Assembly: GCA_964016885.1 (NCBI GenBank) | Contig: OZ024759.1 | Coordinates: 11,160,001 to 11,224,000 of the forward strand | Direction: 5' to 3' | DNA length: 64,000 nucleotides | Source of the DNA: Eledone cirrhosa | Taxonomy: Eukaryota | Shown: one piece after another, positions 48,850 to 61,977 of the stretch | Layout of the letters: each line of letters opens with the position of its first letter | How positions within the stretch are numbered: position 1 is the first letter of the stretch | Notes under the pieces: generated by a model | Told to the model about the DNA's origin: nothing | The model's input: the letters and a program-made list of their open reading frames with translations, nothing else | Database searches by the model: none | Program-made: the position numbers and the translations under genes

Positions 48850-51525
48850 TTATTACACAGTCTTATATCACAGTGTTATATCATCACATTAGATGTGTTG
48901 TGTTATATTACACAGTATCACAATGTATTACACATTGTTATCATCATCATCATCATCATTTTACGTCAGCTTTTCCCTGCTTGCAAGGGTGGGACGGGTC
49001 TTATTCAAGTGTTATATTACAGTTATATCATCACATTAGAGGTGTAGTGTTATATTACACAGTTATATCACAATGTATTACACAGTGTTACATCAGTGTT
49101 ATATCATCACATTAGAGGTGTAGTATTATATTACACAGTTATATCACAATGTATTACACAGTGTTATATTACAGTTATATCATCACATTAGAGGTGTAGT
49201 GTTATATTACAGTTATATCACAATGCATCACACAGTGTTATATCACAGTGTTATATCACCACATTAGAAGTGTTGTGTTATATTACACAGTTATATCACA
49301 GTGTATTACACAGTGTTATATTAGTTATATCATCACATTAGAGGTGTTGTGTTATATTACACAGTTATATCACAATGTATTACACAGTGTTATATTACAG
49401 TTATATCATCACATTAGAGGTGTAGTGTTATATTACACAGTTATATCAGAATGTATTACACAGTGTTATATTACACAGTTATATCACAATGTATTACACA
49501 GTGTTATATTACAGTTATATCATCACATTAGAGGTGTAGTGTTATATTACAGTTATATCACAATGCATCACACAGTGTTATATCACAGTGTTATATCACC
49601 ACATTAGAAGTGTTGTGTTATATTACACAGTTATATCACAGTGTATTACACAGTGTTATATTACAGTTATATCATCACATTAGAGGTGTTGTGTTATATT
49701 ACACAGTTATATCACAATGTATTACACAGTGTTATATTACAGTTATATCATCACATTAGCGGTGTAGTGTTATATTACACAGTTATATCACAATGTATTA
49801 CACAGTGTTATATCACAGTGTTATATCATCACATTAGAGGTGTAGTGTTATATTACACAGTTATATCACAATGTATTACACAGTGTTATATTACACAGTT
49901 ATATCACAATGTATTACACAGTGTTATATTACAGTTATATCATCACATTAGAGGTGTTGTTATATTACAGTTATATCACAGTGTATTACACAGTGTTATA
50001 TTACACAGTTATATCACAATGTATTACACAGTGTTATATCACAGTGTTATATCATCACATTAGAGGTGTTGTGTTATATTACACAGTTATATCACAATGT
50101 ATTACACAGTGTTATATTACACAGTTATATCACAATGTATTACACAGTGTTATATTACAGTTATATCATCACATTAGAGGTGTAGTGTTATATTACACAG
50201 TTATATCACAATGTATTACACAGTGTTATATCACAGTGTTATATCATCACATCAGAGGTGTAGTGTTATATTACACAGTTATATCACAATGTATTACACA
50301 GTGTTATATTACAGTTATATCATCACATTAGAGGTGTAGTGTTATATTACACAGTTATATCACAATGTATTACACAGTGTTATATTACAGTTATATCATC
50401 ACATTAGAGGTGTAGTGTTATATTACACAGTTATATCACAATGTATTACACAGTGTTATATCACAGTGTTATATCATCACATCAGAGGTGTAGTGTTATA
50501 TTACACAGTTATATCACAATGTATTACACAGTGTTATATTACAGTTATATCATCACATTAGAGGTGTTGTGTTATATTACACAGTTATATCACCACATTA
50601 GAGGTGTAGTGTTATATTACACAGTTATATCACAATGTATTACACAGTGTTATATTAGTTATATCATCACATTAGAGGTGTTGTGTTATATTACACAGTT
50701 ATATCACAATGTATTACACAGTGTCATATTACACAGTTATATCACAATGTATTACACAGCGTTATATCACAGTTATATCATCACATCAGAGGTGTAGTGT
50801 TATATTACACAGTTATATCAATGTATTACACAGTGTTATATCACAGTTATATCATCACATTAGAGGTGTTGTGTTATATTACACAGTTATATCACAATGT
50901 ATTACACAGTGTTATATTAGTTATATCATCACATTAGAGGTGTAGTGTTATATTACACAGTTATATCACAATGTATTACACAGTGTTATATTAGTTATAT
51001 CATCACATTAGAGGTGTAGTGTTATATTACACAGTTATATCACAATGTATTACACAGTGTTATATTACAGTTATATCATCACATTAGAGGTGTTGTGTTA
51101 TATTACACAGTTATATCACAATGTATTACACAGTGTTATATTACAGTTATATCATCACATTAGAGGTGTTGTGTTATATTACACAGTTATATCACCACAT
51201 TAGAGGTGTAGTGTTATATTACACAGTTATATCACAATGTATTACACAGTGTTATATTACAGTTATATCATCACATTAGAGGTGTTGTGTTATATTACAC
51301 AGTTATATCACCACATTAGAGGTGTAGTGTTATATTACACAGTTATATCACAATGTATTACACAGTGTTATATTACAGTTATATCATCACATTAGAGGTG
51401 TTGTGTTATATTACACAGTTATATCACCACATTAGAGGTGTAGTGTTATATTACACAGTTATATCACAATGTATTACAGTGTTATATCATCACATTAGAG
51501 GTGTAGTGTTATATTACACAGTGAT
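48850..51525. repeat. AT-rich satellite, about 76-bp unit built from 11-13-bp subrepeats
   Basis: ttagaggtgtagtgttatattacacagttatatcacaatgtattacacagtgttatattacagttatatcatcaca with length variants; SINE A tail at 48940-48998 (-). Confidence 0.95.
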
Positions 51526-51556
51526 GGTATCACACCACATTTGAAGTATATTATCA

Positions 51557-51650
51557 CAACACCTTGGCGTTGCAACACCCTGGCGTTGCAACACCCTGGC
51601 GTCGCAACACCCTGGCGTCGCAACACCCTAGCGTCGCAACACCCCGGCGT
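51557..51650. repeat. 16-bp GC-rich tandem repeat, 6 copies
   Basis: caacaccctggcgt(t/c)g. Confidence 0.9.
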
Positions 51651-52325
51651 CACATCACAGTGTTATCACATTGTGTTATTACATTAGTGTAATAACACTT
51701 TAAAGTGTTTATTTTTATCTAAAAACCTTCCCTCACGACTCTATGTAAAAACCTCTGTTATGTTATGTTCCAAACAACAGTTGTATAACTAAATCTCTCC
51801 AAATTCTTCATTATTTTCAAACTTATTTGAAAATCGTTGGCAGTGTGTGTTTAATTAGTGATATGGTAATAGAAAGGTTATAAAGGTAATTAAATGTGCA
51901 ACCTGGTTTAAACGACTGTTTCCTATTTTATAGGTATGAAATGATTCATTAATCACAACTGGCCATCCAGTAAATTCTCTACAAAACTGAATAATTTTGA
52001 AATCATTCTCTCATAAATGGTTATTTTCAAAACATACTTGTCCAATTATTCTCCAGCCAACCACCAGAGATATTCAGTAGTTGTGTTCTATTAGTAAGGT
52101 TTGTTAAATTACATGTGCCAACCTCATTTTCTTTTTTTCTGCTCTTGGCAAAATGAAACTTAACTCCTGTATTTTTTTTTGTTTTCTTTTAATTTCACCT
52201 TCCAATTTCGGTATAATTTTCAATTACCATATTTTATTGTGTATAATATAAGATATTCTGAACTAAAATTAAAGGCTGAAAAGGAGAGCTTGTGTGTGTG
52301 CGTGTGTTTTATACACAAGTACTGT

Positions 52326-52672
52326 GGAGGCACATGGCTTAGTGGTTAGAGCATTGGCCTTGCAATCGAAAGGTTGTGAGTTCAATTCTCAGACCGGGTG
52401 ATGTGTTGTTTCCTTGAGCAAGGCACTTTATTTCACATTGCTCCAGTTTACTCAGCTGTAGAAATGAGATGATAGGGACTGGTGTCCCTATCATTCCACT
52501 GTAAAGTGGTCGTGGAGGTGCCACGGCAAAAAAGCACCCAGCACTCACTGTAAATGAGGTTGGTGTTAGGAAGGGCATCCAGCTGTAGAAATCAAGCCAG
52601 CATCAGTTCCCATCCCACCCTTGCAAGCAGGGAAAAAGCGGATGTAAAATGAAATGATGATGATGATGATGA
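52326..52672 (+). mobile_element. SINE family A, full length
   Basis: As 19314-19650; actgt on both flanks. Confidence 0.92.
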
Positions 52673-52689
52673 CTGTGTCGCTCGCCCAG

Positions 52690-53010
52690 AGAGACTTGAT
52701 GGTGACCTGCATGAAGATGTTACATGTGTGTGTTCAACATTTCGTGGCAAAGTCACACTACCAACAAAGTTCTTTATGGTGACCTGCCACGTGTTTCATT
52801 GGCTCTTGCTGGTTATGGTTCCTGCTATGATAAACCTGTAGGGAAACTGCTTCTCTGGTCACCAGATGCAAAGCACCAAGTAGGACATCCAAACAAAACC
52901 ACCAGAACTCTGTTGGCAAGGGAAACTGGCCTAACTGGATGGGATCTTCTTGTAATGAGAAATAAGAAAGTCTGGAACAAACACTTGGTGCAGGCTTCAC
53001 CTTCGATGGA
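52690..53010 (+). pseudogene. Old RTE-like LINE C-terminal fragment
   Basis: NISWQSHTTNKVLYGDLPRVS...KLLLWSP...ETGL resembles the RTE ORF2 end. Confidence 0.6.
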
Positions 53011-53205
53011 GGCATGACCGAAGAAAGACTCACTTCCAAACATTTTTACTGAGTTTAAACTCATTTTAAATGGAAAGATTGTAAAACACAAAATGTTGAA
53101 CATCTAGTTGTATTATATATTTTAACATCTAATAGTTCTACCATAGATGGATAGATACCAGTATATTTTAACATCACGGGAAATATATATATACACACAC
53201 ACACA

Positions 53206-53936
53206 TAGTGTACCCCTGGTATTCAGGGTCCTGGTTATTTGCAGTATTTTCCTCAGAACCTAACTAATAATTCATGAAAACCACCGCATATTCGCAGAAT
53301 CGTAAATATCTTCCGTGATTTTTTAATGTCTTTTTCATGGCAATATATATCTGATAATGCTAAATTATTATTAACAAAGGATTGGCAGTATCGGTAGAGG
53401 GTCGGACGCCATGCTTTATAGCAAAGAGCTATGGCCCTTTATGGTCTGAGTTCAAATCCCGCCAAGGTTAACTTTGCCTTTCATCCTTACGGGGTCGATA
53501 AAATAAAGTACCAGTAATGTACTGGGTAATTGCTGGCCTTGTGCCAAAAGTAGAAATACTTATTAATCTCTTTACTTACGGGGTCGATAAAATAAAGTAC
53601 CAGTAATGTACTGGGTAATTGCTGGCCTTGTGCCAAAAGTAGAATCAATTATTAATCTCTTTACTTACGGGGTCGATAAAATAAGGTACCAGTAATACAC
53701 TGGGGTAATTGCTGGCCCTGTGCCAAAAGTAGAAACAATTATTAACAATATACAGTATTTGCCAGCCTATTGGACGCCTCTTCGCATAAGATGCTCCCTC
53801 TTTTTTAAAAAAAAATTATATTTTATGTCATATTTTGATGTTTATAGGCATTTTTATGGACCAGGTCCAATATTCGTGCTTTTTCACTCTTCGCAAGGCT
53901 CTAGGAGCGTAACCTGCGAATACCAGGGAACTACTG
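53206..53936. mobile_element. Degenerate pogo/Tigger-like MITE with nested SINE B (53379-53742, tail triplicated)
   Basis: Imperfect inverted ends tagtgtacccctggtattc / gaataccagggaactactg. Confidence 0.55.
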
Positions 53937-54099
53937 TGTGTGTGTATATATATGTATATATATGTAAGTGGTTACATGTACCTCTTGACCAGGATTGAAC
54001 CCAAGGTCAGGATCTCAACCGTCTCTAGTAACTACCACTCAGCCACATAGACAACTACATGTATATATATATATATATATACACACACGCAGTAGTTCC

Positions 54100-54177
<78 letters not shown>

Positions 54178-54647
54178 GAATAATCGAGAATCGGAATATC
54201 AGCCCACGAAATCACGATAAACAATATCCGACATGTGTGGCAGAGGGCTCAATAATTTGGATAAACCAGAGCTATAACTATCGTTAAAATACCAACACAC
54301 AGAGATCATGCCTAAAATCACCCGTGCAGCCGAAAAATAACGACCAGGAAGATTCGGGTCACTCAGATAAAATATCAATAAATTAATAAATTAAATGAAT
54401 GTAAAAAACTCACCCGGACCCGCTAGAAAGATGTTAAATCTAGCTTCTTGGGTTTCTGCAATTCCTTAATCCAATCACTATCAGCCCACATAAAAAAAAA
54501 AAAAATATATATATATGTAGGAGGTGAGTTTTATTGTAGTACAATAAAGCAATGCGATGCAGATATCGGATAAGTAGCACTCTACAGTTTGTAGGACTGG
54601 AGTATAAATAATATATAAGATCAAAAGATGGTTAAAAGAGTTCCATG

Positions 54648-54718
54648 TATTTTATTATGCGCATTTCAAAAACAAATATCATCATGTGATGACATTTGCG
54701 TTTTCGTCAGATAAAATA
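54648..54718 (-). ncRNA. Type I hammerhead ribozyme (mirror copy)
   Basis: Exact reverse complement of 54834-54904. Confidence 0.8.
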
Positions 54719-54833
54719 GGGAGACATGATATGAAGGTTAAAACACACTTGTGGATAGTGCAGTTGATTTAAATATGTTGATTTAAAACTGCACTATTCA
54801 CAAGTGTGTTTTAACCTTCATATTATGTCTCCC

Positions 54834-54904
54834 TATTTTATCTGACGAAAACGCAAATGTCATCACATGATGATATTTGTTTTTGAAATGCGCATAATAA
54901 AATA
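54834..54904 (+). ncRNA. Type I hammerhead ribozyme
   Basis: Stem I tattttat/ataaaata (8 bp); CTGACGA 54842-54848; about 16-bp stem II; GAAA 54885-54888; 2-bp stem III with palindromic gcgc loop; ATA cleavage triplet ending at 54896. Confidence 0.8.
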
Positions 54905-54949
54905 CATGGAACTCTTTTAACCATCTTTTGATCTTATATATATATATAA

Positions 54950-55120
54950 CACTGTAAACGTGGTTGGTGTTAGGAAGGGCATTCAGCCATAGAAAACCTG
55001 CCAGACAGCCCTATACGAGCGAGACATGGTCACACGACCAATCTTGCCTCAAGTAGGACAAATTCCTGCCTAAACACATGCTAGCATGGAAGATAGACGT
55101 TAAACAATGATGATGATGAT
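54950..55120 (+). mobile_element. RTE LINE 3'UTR tip
   Basis: Similar to 40255-40420 with (GAT)n tail. Confidence 0.85.
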
Positions 55121-55317
55121 GATATATATATATGTGTGTGTGTGTATGTGTGTGTGTGATCAAGATTTTGATGGATGACATGGGGCAAGTTTACATAAAG
55201 TATTTAGACAGTGTCATCATATTATACACAAGCATGTAATTTATTAGTTTTTTTTTAGTTTTCAGAAATAGGGGCTGTATTATACTCAAGTCATTTTATA
55301 CAGGGAGAACGGGTGTT

Positions 55318-55908
55318 GATGTAGGACTGTGTGGATCACATGTAGAATTGTGTGGGCCACATGTAGCACTGTGTAGTTCACATGTAGGACTGTGTGGGCC
55401 ACATGGAGCACCATGTGGTTCACAAGTAGGACCATGTGGTTCACAAGTAGGACCATGTGATTCACATGTAGGGCCGTGTGGTTTACATACAGGACTGTGT
55501 AGTTCACATGTAGGACCGTGTGGGCCACATGGAGCACCATGTGGTTCACAAGTAGGACCATGTGGTTCACAAGTAGGACCATGTGGTTCACATGTAGGAC
55601 CATGTGATTCACATGTAGGACTGTGGTCCACATATAGGGCTATGTGATTCACATGCAGGACTGTGTGATTCATATGTAGGGCTGTGTGGTTCACATGCAG
55701 GACTGTGTGACACACATCTAGAATTGTGTGGGCCACATGTAGCACTATGCAGTCCACACGTAGGACCACGTGGTCCACATGTAGGACCATGCGATTCACA
55801 CGCATGACTGTGTGGTCCACATATAGGGCTATGTGATTCACATGCAGGACTGTGTGGTCCACATGTAGGGCTATTTGATTCACATGTAGGACTGTGTGAT
55901 TCACATGT
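55318..55908. repeat. Diverged 21-bp minisatellite, about 28 copies
   Basis: catgtaggactgtgtggttca consensus; 7-aa periodicity in the ORF track. Confidence 0.92.
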
Positions 55909-56048
55909 TGAAGTGCAAGAATACACAGTTTGGAAACCTCTAGGTTAACCAAGTGGAATTAATTTAATTTCCTCAAAAGTCTTTCACTCTTCTGACAAAA
56001 CAAATCTACTTGCTGAGTGTTTGTTGTGTTTTCATCTTCTATTCTCTC

Positions 56049-56758
56049 TTAACACTTTTGATACCAGCCTGGCCTAAACCAGTTCTGCTCCCACAGAACA
56101 AAACCACCCATTTTAAAGAGATCCTTCCAACATAATCTTAAGTTACTATCTTAATAATTGTTTCTACTTTTGGCACAAGGCCAGCAAATTACCCAGTGCA
56201 TTACTGGTACTTTATTTTACGACCCCATAAGGATGAAAGGCAAAGTTAACCTCGGCGGGATTTGAACTCAGAATAGCAAGGGCTGTAACTCTATGCGTCA
56301 AAGCATGGCGTCCGACTCTCTACCGATACTGCCAATCCACCGCCATTAAGTTACTATCTTAATAATGAAATAATTACTAATTTTAATAAATCCCTGAACA
56401 TTCTTCATTAACCCCTTTAGCTTTTAAACTGGCCGTATCTGGCCAGAATTCTCTCACCTCTTTCTGTTCAAACCGGCTGTAACTGGTTGCTCATACTAAT
56501 ATTAATTTATTGTTCTCAAAATAAATAATATCAAAACCTCATAGATTCGATATCATATGAGATAATTATGGGAGGTAAGGCTTTTACCGTTAAAATGCAA
56601 TAGTGAATATAGAGAAATGTAAATGAAAAGCCTCCAACATAATCTTAAGTTACTATCTTAATGAAATAATTACTAATTTTAGTAAATCCTTGAAAATTCT
56701 TCATTAGGTAATTGAAATAGAGAGTTTTTCATTAGAAATGAGTTGATGAAAGGGTTAA
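56049..56758. mobile_element. Nested piggyBac-like MITE remnants
   Basis: ttaa(c)ccctttagc at 56408, aaagggttaa at 56749-56758; 56408-56560 is an inverted homolog of 58930-59063. Confidence 0.55.
56159..56345 (-). mobile_element. SINE family B, full length
   Basis: 21-bp TSD ttaagttactatcttaataat at 56138-56158 and 56346-56366. Confidence 0.92.
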
Positions 56759-58006
56759 GATGCTAAAATTATACTTTCTTGATGTAATTATTTCAGTTTT
56801 CACACACACACCACACACCACACCTCACACACCACCCACACCACACACACACACACACACCACACCACATGCAGATGCACAGAGAGTCAGCCACATACAC
56901 TCACAGAGAGAGACACACGGACAGAGACACACACACACACCACACCACACCACACCACACACCACATGCAGATGCACAGAGAGTCAGCCACATACACTCA
57001 CAGAGAGAGACACACGGACAGAGACACACAGACAGACACACACACACCACACCACACCACACTGCACACACACACACACACACACCACACCACACTGCAC
57101 ACTCACACTGCACACTCACACACACACACACACACACCACACCACATGCAGATGTACAGAGTCAGCCACATACACTCACAGAGAGACATACTCAGACACA
57201 CACCACACGCACGCAGATGCACACCACACACACACATACACATGCAGACATACAGACAGCCACATACACTCACAGAGAGAGAGAGAGAGACGCCCCCCTC
57301 TTTCTCCCCTCCCTCTAACCCCCTCCCCCTCTGATCAAGTCTCTTGTCAAACAAGTACAAATTCGATTTGAAACAAAAAAACAAAATGTCCTTTATTTTT
57401 TCTTGTTGTTTTCAGTAAAAGCTCATTGATACAACACAGAAATAGCTGCTAATTATTACATATAAAAGCAGAGAAGAGCTTTGACATGTTAGCTTTGAAA
57501 TGTTGTAGAATGAACCATCCTTTTTGGGGGGGTAGGGGAAGGAGGGGTGCATTGTTAAGGGAAAATAAAAGCTACAGTTACTTTTCTTTGTCTTGTAAAG
57601 TATATAAAGGGGTTAAGTAACTTGTTTAAGGAACCAATGAAAGCAGTTCTTTAGGCAGCAGCTGTGAATACATTGCAAACAACTATCTGAATAGAGAATT
57701 TTTGTAAAAAGAGGAATCAAAGCCGTGTTCCTCTTCTCCCTATCTCTCTCACTCTCTTATTCCTCTCTCTCATTCTCACTCTCTCATTTCTGCTCACCTC
57801 CCCTCTCTTCTCCCATCTCTTTCTACCCCTACCTATCTCTCTTCCCACCCCTACCTATCCCTCTTCCCCTATCTCTCTCTCCCGTATATCTCTCTCTACC
57901 TCTATCTCTCTCTCCCCTATATGGCTCTCTACCCCTAGCTATCTCTCTTCCCTATATCTTTCTCCCTACCCCTATTGCTTTGTTCAGTCTCTTTAATATA
58001 TTATAT

Positions 58007-58760
58007 TTAACCCTTTCATTACCATATTTCTAATGAAAGACAGTCTATGTCATTAACCCTTCCATTAGCATATTTCTAATGAAAGACACTGTCTATGTCT
58101 TTAACCCTTTCATTACCATATTTCTAATGAAAGACACTATGTCATTAACCCTTTTATTACCATATTTCTAATGAAAGACACAGTCTATGCCATTAACCCT
58201 TTCATTACCATATTTCTAATGAAAGACACTGTCTATGTCATTAACCCTTTCATTACCATATTTCTAATGAAAGACACTGTCTATGTCATTAACCCTTTCA
58301 TTACCATATTTCTAATGAAAGACACTACCTATGTCATTAACCCTTTCATTCCCATATTTCTAATGAAAGACACTACCTATGTCATTAACCCTTTCATTAC
58401 CATATTTCTAATGAAAGACACTGTCTATGTCATTAACCCTTTCATTACCATATTTCTAATGAAAGACACTGTCTATGTCATTGACCCTTTCATTACCATA
58501 TTTCTAATGAAAGACACTGTCTATGTCATTAACCCTTTCATTACCATATTTCTAATGAAAGGCACTGTCTATGTCATTAACCCTTTCATTACCATATTTC
58601 TAATGAAAGACACTGTCTATGTCATTAACTCTTTCATTACTATGTTTCTAATGAAAGACATTGTCTATGTCATTAACCCATCCATTACCATATTTCTAAT
58701 GAGAGACACTGTCTATGTCATTAACCCTTTCATTGCCATATTTCTAATGAAAGACTCTGT
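58007..58760. repeat. 48-bp minisatellite, about 15.5 copies, beginning with a TTAA-CCCTTT piggyBac-like end
   Basis: ttaaccctttcattaccatatttctaatgaaagacactgtctatgtca. Confidence 0.95.
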
Positions 58761-58838
58761 CTGTGGTTTACAAATAACTTTCAAAATAGTTAAGAATTTG
58801 GAATGATTTAATAATATATTCAACTTTACCAATATTAA

Positions 58839-59059
58839 CCCTTTACCATTTATATTACTCTATATATACTATTGTATTTTCGCGATATAGGCTTTATCTC
58901 ACATAATATCTCACATAATATCACCTTCTACGAGATTTTGATATTATTTATTTTGAGAACAATACCTTAACATCAGTATGAGTAGCAAGTTATGGCCAGT
59001 TTGAACAGAAAGAGGTGAGAGAATTCTGGCCAGATATGGCTGGTTTAAATGCTAAAGGG
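58839..59059. mobile_element. piggyBac-like MITE
   Basis: TTAA|cccttta ... taaaggg|TTAA. Confidence 0.75.
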
Positions 59060-59091
59060 TTAAGTTGGTGTTTGGAACATAACTTAGTATG

Positions 59092-59654
59092 TAACAACTA
59101 AAAAAACCCCTAAAAACCTGAAAAAAACGCAGTTTTTCAACTAATGCGGGCCCTAGGGGATCAAAAAGTTGAATTTTTAATGTGCATAACACACCCTGAA
59201 ACATAAGTAATACACATGTAAAGTTTGAAAAAAGTCGGTTGGGTACTTCTCTAGTTTTTATCTAAAAAGAGAAAAACTAAGAATTATAGAGAGAGATCGC
59301 TAAATCGCCTAATGCGGTCCCTAGGGCATTGAAAGATTGAAATGTTTTTTTGCACAGAACACTCTCTGAAACATAAGTATTACATGTGTAAAGTTTGAAA
59401 ACAGTCGGTTGGGTGCTTCTCGAGTTTTATCTAAAAAGAGAAAGACTAAGAATTATAGAGAGAGATCGCTAAATCGCCTAATGCGGTCCCTAGGGCATTG
59501 AAAGATTGAAATGTTTTTTTGCACAGAACACTCCCTGAAACATAAGTATTACATGTGTAAAGTTTGAAAACAGTCGGTTGGGTGCTTCTCGAGTTTTAGG
59601 GATTCAAACTCACACACACACAGACAGACATCCTCAGTTTTATATATATATAGA
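59092..59654 (-). mobile_element. Helitron-like element 5' part with three about 169-bp internal tandem repeats
   Basis: Minus strand starts TCtatatatatataaaa-(tctg)n; ctaatgcgg.ccctaggg recurs at 59141, 59309 and 59478. Confidence 0.6.
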
Positions 59655-59737
59655 CTAGCAGAAATCCACTCAGTGGGTGGTTTTCTGCTAGCAAATGTAG
59701 TATATATATTACACACACAAAAATGTATATATATTTC

Positions 59738-59768
<31 letters not shown>

Positions 59769-59796
59769 TACACACACAAAAATGTATATATATTTC

Positions 59797-59831
<35 letters not shown>

Positions 59832-59859
59832 TACACACACAAAAATGTATATATATTTC

Positions 59860-59890
<31 letters not shown>

Positions 59891-59997
59891 TACACACACA
59901 GAAATGTATATATATTTCTGTATGTGTATATATATATGTATATATATTACACACACAGAAATGTATATATATTTCTGTGTGTGTATATATATATTTC

Positions 59998-60028
<31 letters not shown>

Positions 60029-60195
60029 TACACACACAAAAATGTATATATATTTCTGTGTGTGTATATATATATGTATATATATTACACACACAAAAAT
60101 GTATATATATTTCTGTGTGTGTAATATATATACATATATATATATTACACACACAGAAATGTATATATATTTCTGTGTGTATATATATATATTTC

Positions 60196-60226
<31 letters not shown>

Positions 60227-60440
60227 TACACACACACAGAAATGTATATATGTTTCTGTAGCACTCCTCAATTCCCCCCTCTCTCCCTCCCGCTATCCCC
60301 CTCTTGTAGTCTGTCTCTTTCTTTCACTCTCACTCTCTCTCTACGCGTGCGCAAAAAACATTCGCACGCGCACACGTGTTTCCACTGTCGGACAGACAGA
60401 CAGACAGACAGAGAAATTGCTGGTTATATATATAAGGAGA
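59655..60440 (-). mobile_element. Non-autonomous Helitron (family H1)
   Basis: Inverted homolog of 44571-45345 with the same termini. Confidence 0.75.
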
Positions 60441-60659
60441 TAACAAACTTGCTCGTTCGCTGAAGAATACAATGTACTGCCTGGTCCAGGACTTGAACCC
60501 ATGATATTACAATCATAAGTCTAATGCCACAACCCCTAATCCACTGTAAGAGGTGACCGAAAGGGCTGACATCTGGAAGAGTATGGAGATACAAAGATGC
60601 TTTAAAAACTGCCACCCAGTCCAGACCAGCATGGAAAGGTAGCCATGGAAATGACTGCA

Positions 60660-61977
60660 ATGATGGTGGTGGTGGTGGTGGTGGTGGTGGTTGTGGTGAT
60701 TATGGTGATGGTGATGGTGATGATGATGGTGGTGATGATGATGATGTTAATGATGTTAATGATGGTGGTGATGGTGGTGATGGTGGTGGTGGTGGTGGTG
60801 GTGGTGGTGATGATGATGATGTTAATGATGATGGTGATGATGGTGATGATGATGATGTTAATGATGTTAATGATGGTGGTGATGGTGGTGATGGTGGTGA
60901 TGATGATACTGTTGGTGATGGTGATGATGATACTGTTGGTGATGGTGATGATGATGATGATGTTGGTGATGGTGATGATGATGATGTTAGTGATGGTGGT
61001 GATGGTGGTGATGATGATACTGTTGGTGATGGTGATGATGATACTGTTGGTGATGGTGATGATGATGATGATGTTGGTGATGGTGATGATGATGATGTTA
61101 GTGATGGTGGTGATGGTGGTGATGATGATACTGTTGGTGATGGTGATGATGATGATGATGTTGGTGATGGTGATGGTGGTGATGATGATGATGGTGGTGA
61201 TGATGATGATGTTAGTGATGGTGGTGATGGTGGTGATGATGATACTGTTGGTGATGATGATGATGTTAGTGATGGTGATGATGATGAGGATGTTAATGAT
61301 GATGATGTTAATGATGATGATGTTAGTGATGATGGTGATGGTGATGATAGTGATGATGAAGTTAATGATGGTGATGGTGATGATAGTGATGAAGTTAATG
61401 ATGGTGATGGTGATGATAGTGATGATGAAGTTAATGATGGTGATGGTGATAATGGTGATGATGATAGTGATGATGAAGTTAATGATGGTGATGGTGGTGA
61501 TGATGAAGTTAATGATGGTGATGGTGGTGATGATAGTGATGATGAAGTTAATGATGGTGATGGTGGTGATGATAGTGATGATGAAATTATTGATGGTGAT
61601 GGTGGTGATGAAGTTAATGATGGTGATGGTGATGATGATAGTAATGAAGTTAATGATGGTGGTGGCGATGATGATGATGTTAGTGATGGTGATGGTGATG
61701 ATGATAGTAATGATGGTGATGGTGGTGGTGATGATGGTGATGTTAGTGATGATGATAGTAATGATGGTGATGGTGATGATGATAGTAATGATGAAGTTAA
61801 TGATGGTGATGGTGATGATGATAGTAATGATGAAGTTAATGATGGTGGTGGCGATGATGATGATGTTAGTGATGGTGATGGTGATGATGATAGTGATGAA
61901 GTTAATGATGGTGATGGTGATAACGGTGATGATAGTGATGATGAAGTTAACGATGGTGGTGGCGATGATGATGATGG
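60660..61977. repeat. (GAT/GGT)n cryptic trinucleotide repeat
   Basis: Direct reading. Confidence 0.95.

Larger units (their letters stand above)
54518..54941. mobile_element. Fold-back insert, 155-bp arms (54611-54765 / 54787-54941), Penelope-like pLTR remnant
   Basis: Arms differ at about 2 positions; 21-nt spacer; flanked by (TA)n; hammerhead in each arm. Confidence 0.75.

Noticed and set aside
54340-54378. Extra hammerhead (tattttatctgagtga on the minus strand); similar weak hit near 27069-27112
   Set aside because: Core boxes incomplete (no GAAA or no CUGANGA) and stems do not close
55296-55952. His/Cys heptad-repeat protein
   Set aside because: 21-bp minisatellite open in several frames, with a frame-shifting unit and no codon-position bias evident
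57455-57645. TATA and CCAAT-like promoter words
   Set aside because: Wrong relative order, expected by chance in AT-rich DNA, and no downstream gene
58171-58806. 16-aa repeat protein MKDTVYVINPFITIFL
   Set aside because: Translation of a 48-bp minisatellite; upstream units carry indels
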